A stretch of DNA of 64,000 bases from Eledone cirrhosa (lineage: Eukaryota): assembly GCA_964016885.1 (NCBI GenBank), contig OZ024742.1, positions 260,462,001 to 260,526,000 on the forward strand. Reading direction: 5' to 3'. Below are positions 1-9,622 of the stretch, piece after piece. A model generated the notes under the pieces. The model did no database searches. It was not told where the DNA came from and worked only from the letters and a program-made list of their open reading frames with translations. The number at the start of each line of letters is the position of its first letter. Position 1 is the first letter of the stretch. A program made the translations under genes and the position numbers.

Positions 1-102
1 TAAATATTTGCTCTAGGGTTCTTATATATTTTATATTTTCCTTATCGAGCCCTCTTTGGATTTTGGTCTTCACATTTATTATTATTACTATATATATATA
101 TA

Positions 103-1005
103 TAGGAAAATGTTCAAGACCCCGACGGCAGAGCTCAAGCCGTTTCGACGGCTATTTCTGGACTAAATTAGATTTTTAGCGTGGTAATAAATAGCCGAAC
201 TTTTCGAAAACGCAATAACAGCTAAAAATATAGCAGCTGTTTTAGACTCTAGATTTTATTATTTTTTGTTATTTAATTTTCTTAGTATTATTATTATTTT
301 TATTTATTAAGGGCGGTGCATTGGCAGTATCGGTAGGCAGTCGGACGCTATGCTTTGCAGCATAGAGTTACGCCCCTTTATGGTATGAGTTCAAATCCCG
401 CCGAGGTTAACTTTGCCTTTCATCCTTACGGGATCGATAAAACAAAGTACCAGTAATGCACTGGGTTATTACTAGCCTTGTGCCAAAAGTAGAAACAATT
501 ATTATTATCTTTATTTATTATTTTTATATTTTTTAATTTAAATTTATTAACTTTTTAATTTTATAACTTCCCATCTCAGATTCCTCCAGAATTCTTTTTC
601 GTCTGCTTTCTAGCTAGCCTAATTTCATCTACACACCTTAGAATTTGCTGCATAGAATTCACTTTCAACGCTTGACCAGCTCCACCCACTCCCTCATTGT
701 TCTACAGGAAAGTTCAGCCACCTCCCCCTCCCACCCAACGCTATGAAAGATTTAATTGTGTTTACAAGAAATTTTGACCAATCCTTTTGACAACTACAAT
801 CTTCCCCTATAAGGAATTACACTTGAAAAGTTCGGCTATCCATTACCACGATAAAAATCTAATTTAGTTCAGAAATAGCCGTTGAAACGGCTTGAGCTCT
901 GCCGTTGGGGGTCTTGAACATTTTCGTATTACCTACTGTACTACCCTAAGTTTTGAGTTCTCTGGTGCGTTATGGTCCACCTGGTTCCTTACCACACATC
1001 CTTCG

Positions 1006-1008
<3 letters not shown>
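103..1008. mobile_element. Fold-back element (probable Penelope-like pLTR remnant) between (TA)n tracts
   Basis: ~103-206 is the reverse complement of ~825-928. The arm and the tail following 928 (ttacc...tctggtgcgttatggtccacc...accacac) recur in a shorter hairpin copy at ~15259-15430. Penelope assignment is by architecture only. Confidence 0.55.
311..505 (+). mobile_element. SINE, family A (tRNA-like head)
   Basis: A-box-like tggcagtatcggt, B-box gagttcaaatccc and (att)n tail. Homologous copies at ~51160-51375 (+), ~37290-37385 (-) and ~56385-56520 (-). Confidence 0.7.
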
Positions 1009-1080
<72 letters not shown>

Positions 1081-1089
1081 AGTATGTAT

Positions 1090-1492
1090 ACGTACATACA
1101 TATATGTATACAGACGTACAGTAGTATGTATATATATATACATACATGCACACACATATATATGTACGTATGGATTTACCGAACATTTATTATAATGCTC
1201 GGTTTCTTTGTAAACAAACATCCCGAATTAAGCCGTACAGTGTTTAGCAACCATCGTTGCCCTTTTGTTCAACACTGACAAAGGAACGATGTACTAGTTT
1301 CAAGCTTATTAGCTATCGTCAGCACCGTATACCTTCCTGCCAGATGATTGAACGTCTGAAAGTATATATTTTCTTTATGCCGAGCATTATAATAAACGTT
1401 CGGTAAATCCATACGTACATATATATATATGTGTGCATGTATGTATATATATACATACTACTGTACGTCTGTATACATATATGTATGTACGT
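1090..1492. mobile_element. Fold-back element with a hammerhead in its spacer
   Basis: ~1090-1202 and ~1380-1492 are inverted copies; flanked on both sides by long (TA)n. Confidence 0.65.
1286..1328 (-). ncRNA. Minimal type I hammerhead ribozyme (predicted)
   Basis: Minus strand reads ACGGUG-CUGACGA-U AGCU aaua AGCU U-GAAA-CUAG-UA-CAUCGU: 6-bp stem I, intact core, palindromic stem III, GUA cleavage site. Confidence 0.8.
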
Positions 1493-1498
1493 TTCTCC

Positions 1499-1549
<51 letters not shown>

Positions 1550-2076
1550 GATAAATCTACTAAAATGTACGGTAGTGTCCAATCTGTATGAAGAACTCAA
1601 TGTAATCCGAATATCATGAAAAGAGAAGATGTATTCAAAAAAGTTTTTTCCAATGAAAAATACAGGAAAACAGAGTCAAGATAAATTAATAAAAATAATG
1701 AATAAAAACAAAGAAACAGTTTTTATAGATGTAAATTCCCTATATTTTGAATAAGATTGATATTTTTCACTAACACATTTATCGTAAAATTTTATTCTCC
1801 TTAGATATTTACATTAGCATTATTCTTTTATAACATCAATTCTTCGTGTACCTTTTACCGACTTGACCTATTTTCATCCCTAAAATAATCTTTTCATTCA
1901 TCATACTCTTTCCATTCAAAACTGAAATCTGCCTTCCTCTACCCCTAAATTAAAGTTCTATTACTACTATTCTACCATCTTGACCACTCATTACCTTTCT
2001 ATTGGTCAATTCAAAACCTGTTCCCAAACAGACCTATTATATTAAATCTTTGTTGGTTTTTTTCAATAAACAAATA

Positions 2077-2214
2077 TCATTATTTCTGAAGACAGCATAT
2101 ATATGTGTAGGTATGTATATTCCCTCTGATAGTTTGTAAAAATTTTACATAGATCTATATGATATACATACCAACACAAACATATATATCCTAGAAACGA
2201 TCGTAAAATGATGA
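2077..2214 (+). ncRNA. Hammerhead ribozyme with long stem II, copy 1 (predicted)
   Basis: UCAUUAUUU-CUGAAGA-(~100-nt hairpin)-GAAA-CGAUCG-UA-AAAUGAUGA. Confidence 0.65.
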
Positions 2215-2268
2215 ATTTTTTAATATAAGGAACTGTTTCTTTGTTTTTATTCATTATTTTTATTAATT

Positions 2269-2362
<94 letters not shown>

Positions 2363-2541
2363 AATCTACCAAAATATACGGTAGTGTCCAATCCGTATGA
2401 AGAACTGAATGTAATCCAAATATCATGAAAAGAGAAGATGCATTCAAAAATATTCGATGAAAATCATAGGAAAACAGAGTCAAGATAAATTAATAAAAAC
2501 AATGAATAAAAACAAAGTAGAAGTTCCTTATATTAAAAAAT

Positions 2542-2677
2542 TCATTATTTTACGATCGTTTCTAGGATATATATGTGTGTTGGTATGTATATCATATAGA
2601 TCTATGTAAAAATATTACAAACTATCAGAGGAAATATACATACCTTCACATATATATGCTGTCTTCAGAAATGATGA
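2542..2677 (-). ncRNA. Hammerhead ribozyme with long stem II, copy 2 (predicted, in the inverted pLTR)
   Basis: Reverse-complement copy of 3910-4045 with intact core and one C.A mismatch in stem I. Confidence 0.6.
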
Positions 2678-3022
2678 GATTTGTTTATTGAAAAAACCAA
2701 CGAAGATTTAATATAATAGGTCTGTTTGGGAACAGGTTTTGAATTGACCAATAGAAAAGTAACAAGAGGTCAAGTTGATAGAATAGTAGTAGTAGAAATT
2801 TAATTTAGGGGTAGAGGGGTGCAGACTAATGTTTTGAATGGAAAGAATACTTTGAATGAAAAGAATACTTTGGGGATGGAGGGAGGTCAAGCCGGTGAAG
2901 GGTACACGAAAATTTGATGGTATTAAAGAATAGTGTTAAAAACGAAGGAAAGTAAAATTTTAGGGTAAGTGAGAAATACCAATCTTATTTAAACCACAAG
3001 GAATCTAGATCTATAACAAGAA

Positions 3023-3205
3023 ACCTGGAGTGTGCTCAAAAGGGCCACCCCTTATCAAAATAACAGATATGAGTGTAGATTATGTTCCCAGGAACTTTTT
3101 GAAATAATGAAATCTAAGGATATCCTATTAAATAAACGACAAGAATTAATTATATCTTGCAATCATATAATTAGAAGAACCTTCAAATATTATAAACATA
3201 ATTAA
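3023..3205 (+). pseudogene. Penelope-like element GIY-YIG endonuclease C-terminal remnant
   Basis: Manual translation TWSVLKRATPYQNNRYECRLCSQELFEIMKSKDILLNKRQELIISCNHIIRRTFKYYKHN* matches the W..L..A.PY......C.LC..E...I......LLNKR.EL...C.H motif ending many PLE ORFs. Confidence 0.8.
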
Positions 3206-3909
3206 TATACACCTTACACTTATATTTTACATATTATTATAATTAGTTTTTTTTAAATTTAGTTAACCTATAATTAGCACTTTACTACAGAGAACTGCAT
3301 AATTTTATTTCCCTCTTACAGCTCTCTTTTCCTAAAATTAATACCTAAAAGTATACATATAAATTAATTTAATTTCCTGTTATGAATCTAGATTCCTTGT
3401 AGTTTATATAAGATTGGTATTTCTCACTACTATCCTTATCCCAAAATTTTATTTTCCTTCGTTTTTAACAACATTCTTTAATAACTTCTAATTCTTATTT
3501 ATCACATCCATATGAAGTAATATAAATTTATCCCTATAAGTATACCTATCAATTAATTTATTTTCTTGTTATAGATCTAGATTCCTTGTGGTTTAAATAA
3601 GATTGGTATTTCTCACTTACCCTAAAATTTTACTTTCCTTCGTTTTTAACACTATTCTTTAATAACATCAAATTTTCGTGTACCCTTCACTGGCTTGACC
3701 TCTCTTCATCCCCAAAGTATTCTTTTCATTCAAAGTATTCTTTCCATTCAAAACATAAGTCTGCACCCCTCTACCCCTAAATTAAATTTCTACTACTACT
3801 ATTTTATCAACTTGACCTCTTACTACTTTTCTATTGGTCAATTCAAAACATGTTCCCAAATAGACCTATTATATTAAATCTTTGTTGGTTTTTTTTCAAT
3901 AAACAAATC

Positions 3910-4045
3910 TCATCATTTCTGAAGACAGCATATATATGTGAAGGTATGTATATTCCCTCAGATAGTTTGTAATATTTTTACATAGATCTATATGATATAC
4001 ATACCAACACACATATATATCCTAGAAACGATCGTAAAATGATGA
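3910..4045 (+). ncRNA. Hammerhead ribozyme with long stem II, copy 3 (predicted)
   Basis: Perfect 9-bp stem I UCAUCAUUU/AAAUGAUGA; CUGAAGA; 99-nt stem II (AUAUAUAUGUG/CACAUAUAUAU and GGUAUGUAUAU/AUAUACAUACC); GAAA; palindrome CGAUCG; GUA site. Confidence 0.7.
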
Positions 4046-4096
4046 TTTTTTTTATATAAGGAACTTGTTCTTTGTTTTTATTCATTGTTTTTATTA

Positions 4097-4163
<67 letters not shown>

Positions 4164-4195
4164 GAGAAAAACCACAGACCCTCCATCTCAACTCA

Positions 4196-4233
4196 CCTTT
4201 TGAAAAGCAGAAGAACTGCGAAACCGGTAAAGG
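4196..4233 (+). ncRNA. Minimal hammerhead ribozyme, U3-A8 core variant (predicted)
   Basis: CCUU-UUGAAAA-GCAG aagaa CUGC-GAAA-CCGG-UA-AAGG, inside a ~210-bp island between (TA)n tracts. Confidence 0.75.
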
Positions 4234-4433
4234 AACCAAATAAATATATATATTTTTAAAAAAAATAAGACTCCAGTTGCATTTTCGATTTCATCTCTTT
4301 TTCTTTATACTTTCACTCGTGTAGGAAACCTCGGTTATTTTTCAATTTGTAAAAAAAACCTAACTTTCTAATATATATATATATATATATAAATTAATAA
4401 AAACAATGAATAAAAACAAAGAACAAGTAAGTT

Positions 4434-4493
<60 letters not shown>

Positions 4494-4495
<2 letters not shown>

Positions 4496-4841
4496 GATAT
4501 TAAACAAATGGAAACTATATTTATAAAACCATATTTATTTCATTATACATATTTCAGGGATACCATATTAAAAATATGGCATGCCTTTGTCAGATAAAAT
4601 ACAATATATAAACAGTTTTATAAATAATTTTGACGTATCATAATATAAGCGACCATTAAATTAGGAGGCTGCCTTGATGGTCGCTTATATTATGGTACGT
4701 CAAAATTATTTATAAAACTGTTTATATATTGTATTTTATCTGACGAAGGCATGCCATATTTTTAATATGGTATCCCTGAAATATGTATAATGAAATAAAT
4801 ATGGTTTTATAAATATAGTTTCCATTTGTTTAATATTGTAT
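4494..4841. repeat. Near-perfect ~165-bp-arm palindrome (probable inverted PLE pLTR)
   Basis: ~4494-4657 is the reverse complement of ~4676-4841 with a short spacer; flanked by (TA)n. Confidence 0.85.
4732..4797 (+). ncRNA. Type I hammerhead ribozyme with extended stem II (predicted)
   Basis: UAUUUUAU-CUGACGA-AGG c AUGCCAUAUU uuu AAUAUGGUAU c CCU-GAAA-UAUGUA-UA-AUGAAAUA: 8-bp stem I, AUA site. The mirror copy at 4536-4601 (-) has CUGACAA. Confidence 0.7.
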
Positions 4842-4923
4842 ATCTACTCCAAAAACTTGTCGAGTGCTTTATATCAGTTATAAAATATTTACTTGTTGTA
4901 ACCCAACAATTTTAAATAAAACT

Positions 4924-4965
<42 letters not shown>

Positions 4966-5249
4966 AATTTTAGTGCAGCATCAACGAAGCTTTTGGTAGC
5001 AGCCAATCCAACGAATGCAGTTTCGGTGTGCAGCTAAGCACTCAATGGAGAATATTACCCCAGAGTTATAACATTACGTTTAGACATCTTGGCAAATCAA
5101 ATACAGCGACCGATAGACGGGCCGCAGAGAGCATAGCAACGAAAAAAACTGAACTCAGGAAAAATGTTACTGTATATAGCGTGAAACTAATAAGATTTTG
5201 TGTACCTCTGTTTGTTGTTTCCTTGAACTATATATATATATATATATAC

Positions 5250-6327
5250 TTCTTCTTCTTCTTTTTCTTCCCCCCCCCCCGTTAGACCTGTGCGAAATTC
5301 CTTCCTTGCTCACATTTCAACCAGGTTTGATGGTCTTTTGTCTCTTGTTCACGATTTCACCGAGTTTATATTCATAGAGATCTGGGACTTGTCTATTTCT
5401 TCTCACTTTCCGTTGCTTAAACCATTTTGTTTGTTACCCTAACGTCCCCTTTATTTACGTGTCCCAACGACTTTTTTTAGCCGTTGTTCGCACCAACCTG
5501 AGGCATATGGCCCTTAAAGCGATGAAATGCCTGGGACGGTTGGAGGGTCACTGATGAAGGACTTACTTTTTCATATGCACCACCATTTGCAACGCGCAGC
5601 CATCATTATTATCATATTTACACATAATTTTTCTTCTGCTGCCACCCGTCTGTTTCGTTCTTTGTACCTTTTACCCTTTCTCGTTCTTTGTACCTTTTAC
5701 CCTTTCTAGCAGTCTCTCACTCTGTTAGCCTCCTCCTCAACTTTCACTCACTCATTCTCTGTCACTACCTCTCCTCCTCCTCTTTCCTCCTCCTCCTTCA
5801 AGTTTGACCTGTGTGTAATTCTTTTCTCGCGCGGTCTTGGTCAAGCTGGTATGGAATTTTTTTCTCTCTCTCTCTTTCGTCTGCGACTTCACAAAACTTA
5901 TGTTTACCGAATTCGTAGACCAGACCCCTTCTTCTTCTTCTTCTTCTTCTTCTTCTTCTTCTTTTTCTTCTTTTTCTTCCCCCCCCCCCCCCCCGTTAGA
6001 CCTGTGCGAAATTCCTTCCTTGCTCACATTTCAACCAGGTTTGATGGTCTTTTGTCTCTTGTTCACGATTTCACCGAGTTTATATTCATAGAGATCTGGG
6101 ACTTGTCTATTTCTTCTCACTTTCCGTTGCTTAAACCTTTTGTTTGTTACCCTAACGTCCCCTTTATTTACGTGTCCCAACGACTTTTTTTAGCCGTTGT
6201 TCGCACCAACCTGAGGCATATGGCCCTTAAAGCGATGAAATGCCTGGGACGGTTGGAGGGTCACTGATGAAGGACTTACTTTTTCATATGCACCACCATT
6301 TGCAACGCGCAGCCATCATTATTATCA

Positions 6328-6332
<5 letters not shown>
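5250..6332 (+). repeat. Direct repeat of ~370 bp (about 5250-5620 and 5960-6332)
   Basis: Near-identical copies from (ttc)n-(c)n-gttagacctgtgcg to attatcatattta; whole block bounded by (TA)n. Confidence 0.85.
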
Positions 6333-6393
<61 letters not shown>

Positions 6394-6514
6394 AAGGACG
6401 GAATAACTCATAAGAGTCAACGGCCATCCAAAAGTGTGTAAATATGTATATACACATGCACGGCGTGGTTAAACCACTGGGAGTGAAAGACCCCTAACCT
6501 TTGTCAGAGCATTC

Positions 6515-6795
6515 TGTGGTTAGAAAGGTTAGAAAAAGCTATCTCACTTACCGCTTTTCACAGGCGCCGCTAAATTCCACTGCAGGTACTCCTCTTCCAC
6601 GTGCGTCCGACTGCTTAAAACCGGGAGCTGCCCAAAACGCGTCCTCACCGTATGCTGGTCACCACTAGAGAGAGGCCCTCTCCTGGCCCTTCCGGTCGAG
6701 CATCCTTCCGGTCAAAAAGACCCCTTCCGGTCGAGCACTCAAAAACCCCTTCCGGTCGAGCACCCCCGGCCCCCGCACGCCACACCATACCCACA
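6515..6795 (-). repeat. 3' LTR
   Basis: Matches 10400-10622, with extra internal copies of cccttccggtcgagca and a ggttagaaa duplication. Confidence 0.9.
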
Positions 6796-6808
6796 CGCCC
6801 CCCTGATC

Positions 6809-9235
6809 TCAAGGATCAATTTCCCCCTCGTCCCTCTGCATATGAAAGTCTGCCGTCCAGGTCGGTAGTCTACGACTTCGTTGCGATCTTCGTAGTATTG
6901 GGGCAGGGCTCTGGGTTTCCACCTCATCTTGGGTTTCCTCTTCCTCGGAGTCCGTCGATACAGTGATTCTTCTTACATCCAGGACATGACGTGGTACCCC
7001 GTCCACGGACACATTGTTCTTTGAATTTACGGCCGTCACCGTTCCCCTTCCCCATTGAGATGTGCACCGTGCATCTGGGGGCTTAACCCAGACTTCTTCG
7101 CCCACCTGCACGAATGCACTCTCTCTCCCCACTGGCCGTTGTGGTGGCGTGCACGGGTGCCGCCACTCGTATTTGAATACTGCTCTGTGTGGCACCGATT
7201 CCTCGACCTGTCCAACCCGAAGGGACATATTGTACCAGAACACTGCCTCCATTGGTGAGATATGGCCCTGCTCCGCCATTGCCTTGATCGTCCGGTGGTG
7301 TCGCTCCACGATTCCATTCCCGCTCGGCCTGTGCGCCGCTCTGAAGAAACGGTCCACCTTCCATCCGTCGAGCATCCCCCTCAGTGCCTCCGAGCGGAAC
7401 GCTGCGCTGTTGTCCATCAGCAGTTCATCCACAGGGCCCCGCTCCAAGAACACCTCTCTCAACGTCCGCACGATTTCCTCGGCCGTTCCGGTCTTCATCT
7501 CCCTCCATATCGCCACTCGACCCGGTCCACAGTCGACCATCGAGAGGTACGTTCCCTGCCGGTAGTGCGTCACATCCACCGCTAATCGCTTCCAGTCGCG
7601 ATCCACCGGGAGGCTTCCCGTTTCGTGCACACCCGGGGCGGGATCAATGGACTGACATCGGACGCAGCCTCTAACCACCCCCCGAACACTGTGTCTGCTA
7701 ACGTCCGAGTCGATTCTCCTGGCTAGGAACAGGCTCCTATCCACCCCCATGTGGTGCATGTCATGCAACCCCTTCAGGTCTAACTCGGTCAGCCGACACA
7801 CGGCAGCTATCTCATCCTCTACCTCCTCCGGCGCTTCCATCCAGGCTTTCTTCACTCTAGTTAAGATGTCCGCCCTATTTTTCTCTGAAGGCACGAACAC
7901 TACGCTCAGCTTCAGGTCGAACTCGGTGGCGAGCTCTCCTAACGTTCCTAGGCGGCGCTTTATCAGCATTTCCGCCGCGCCTCTCGTTCGCACTCTCTTC
8001 TCACTGGTGAGCACTGATCTTACCCATCCGAGTACGGTAGCCGAGTCGGTGCGTATCTCGATGGTGCGCAGCCCCCACCGCAGGGCGAGGTTCACCCCTC
8101 TCAACACCGCGTCCAGCTCGGCCACATTGATGTGGCTGCAGTCGTCCTTCTTTCTAAGCCAGGCTGCATCCTCGACCTCAACACCTCCTATCTCCAACGT
8201 GACACCCAGCGCTATGCTGCTGGCATCGCACCATACGGTCCCGCTCCGTGATTTGGGAACGTACCAGCGTCCCCGCACTGGGTCGTCGGCCTTCACCTTC
8301 CCCACGATCTCCTGCATCATGGCCACCGTTCTCTCTCCCACTCTGTCACTCCAAGTCACCCCTCCCGCTCGTCTCTTGACATAGCTGCATGCCGTCCGGA
8401 GCCACCCAGCGATCGGGTAGTGACCCACCAGCTTTCCACACACCGAGAAAAGCTCCCGCCTATTCATACTTGGGCCCAGTTCCGGAACTTCGTTTCCCCT
8501 CTGGAACACCAAAACGCCCGTCTTATCTCGCCGTAGCCTAAGTCCCAGCGCGGCTCCTCCCTCCAATGCTTCTGATGGCTTCGCAGTCAGTCCATACCTC
8601 CGCAAATGGCTCGTGACCTCCGCCGTCGACACCACCGACTCGTCCACTAGGATGTCGTCAATGTAGGAGTTAGTAGCCCTCTTTATCTTGTCGGCCCTCC
8701 CCAGAGCGGTCTTGAGGACCGCCGCCATGATCTTCGGTGCGGAGCTCAGCCCGAAACCGAGCCTGGTCAGGCAATATGTCCGGCCCTTATACCTGACCAG
8801 CTGATACCGCCAGAGCTTCTCATCTATATGCAACTGCAAGTAAGCCGACTTTAGATCCACGATCGCTGAACCCCCCGTCATGCGTCTCCACTCACGCAGG
8901 GTTTCCCCACAGACATCCGTGACCTCGCCACCCGTGTGGCATGACACGTGCTCGTTCAGCTCTCGGTAGTCCAGCACCGGCCTCACCTTGCTCTTCGTTG
9001 GTTGCACCACCGCCATCAACGGCAATACTCCGCACTTCACCTCCTCCTTCCAGGGAAGCAGTATGCCCTCTTCGATCCATCTCTCTACTTCTCGCTCGAA
9101 CTCGCCCCTAGCGTTTCCCTTCAATGTGTGTTGATAGCAGCCCACTTTGGTCTTCAGTGTTGGTGGTTCTCCCTTCCAGTACCACTCAACAACCCATCGC
9201 TGCCCATCAAGCCTTCTGGTTCTCATGACGTGCAC
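6809..9235 (-). CDS. pol: Pol polyprotein (reverse transcriptase, RNase H, integrase)
   Basis: 808-aa ORF with RPVLDYRELN, VDLKSAYLQ, LGFGL and YIDD (RT); WCDASS and HINVAEL (RNase H); HHCC zinc finger, AVDV, LMDN and GNGIVERHHRTIK (integrase). Confidence 0.92.
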   Translation of the reverse strand: MHVMRTRRLDGQRWVVEWYWKGEPPTLKTKVGCYQHTLKGNARGEFEREVERWIEEGILLPWKEEVKCGVLPLMAVVQPTKSKVRPVLDYRELNEHVSCHTGGEVTDVCGETLREWRRMTGGSAIVDLKSAYLQLHIDEKLWRYQLVRYKGRTYCLTRLGFGLSSAPKIMAAVLKTALGRADKIKRATNSYIDDILVDESVVSTAEVTSHLRRYGLTAKPSEALEGGAALGLRLRRDKTGVLVFQRGNEVPELGPSMNRRELFSVCGKLVGHYPIAGWLRTACSYVKRRAGGVTWSDRVGERTVAMMQEIVGKVKADDPVRGRWYVPKSRSGTVWCDASSIALGVTLEIGGVEVEDAAWLRKKDDCSHINVAELDAVLRGVNLALRWGLRTIEIRTDSATVLGWVRSVLTSEKRVRTRGAAEMLIKRRLGTLGELATEFDLKLSVVFVPSEKNRADILTRVKKAWMEAPEEVEDEIAAVCRLTELDLKGLHDMHHMGVDRSLFLARRIDSDVSRHSVRGVVRGCVRCQSIDPAPGVHETGSLPVDRDWKRLAVDVTHYRQGTYLSMVDCGPGRVAIWREMKTGTAEEIVRTLREVFLERGPVDELLMDNSAAFRSEALRGMLDGWKVDRFFRAAHRPSGNGIVERHHRTIKAMAEQGHISPMEAVFWYNMSLRVGQVEESVPHRAVFKYEWRHPCTPPQRPVGRESAFVQVGEEVWVKPPDARCTSQWGRGTVTAVNSKNNVSVDGVPRHVLDVRRITVSTDSEEEETQDEVETQSPAPILRRSQRSRRLPTWTADFHMQRDEGEIDP

Positions 9236-9622
9236 TCACAGCGCATACCGATGCAGCGGCGCCAAACGACACACCGACATTGTTCACCGTGACGCCCCCT
9301 AGACGGCCAATCGCGTCCATGCCCATAACCATGCCGATCCCATCCACCACACTGTCTACCACGATGGCGGAAAGCCTTATCGTCCTTCCCCGTACCGCTA
9401 TTTCCATCTCGCTGCGACCTCGGCATTCAATTTTCCTGCCGTCGACTGCCCTTACGCTGCTCTTCCCTCCCCACCTCTGCGCCACCCCCGCGGTCACCAG
9501 TGTCGTCGTACAGCCCGTATCCACGAGGGCTCGCTGTGGCTTCCCCCTCACGAAGACTTCCACCACCGGCAGCGCCGCTACTCGTAAGGGGCAACTACCG
9601 GCGCAGTAGTTCCCCTTGGACC
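9207..9622 (-). CDS. Retropepsin aspartic protease in the -1 frame relative to gag
   Basis: ALVDTGCTTTLV and VMGMDAI motifs. The frame is open from the GGGAAAC slippery site (RSKGNYCAGSCPLRVAALPVVEVF...). Confidence 0.88.

Larger units (their letters stand above)
1546..4100. mobile_element. Cluster of Penelope-like element 3' ends with direct and inverted pseudo-LTRs
   Basis: ~2490-3020 is the reverse complement of ~3565-4100 and, more loosely, of ~1780-2270; 1546-1720 resembles 2356-2520. Encloses a PLE endonuclease C-terminal remnant and three hammerhead copies. Confidence 0.75.

Noticed and set aside
892-1600. ORFs with YIYIYI, HTHT or CVCV runs (here and throughout)
   Set aside because: Translations of (TA)n, (CA)n and (TG)n microsatellites.
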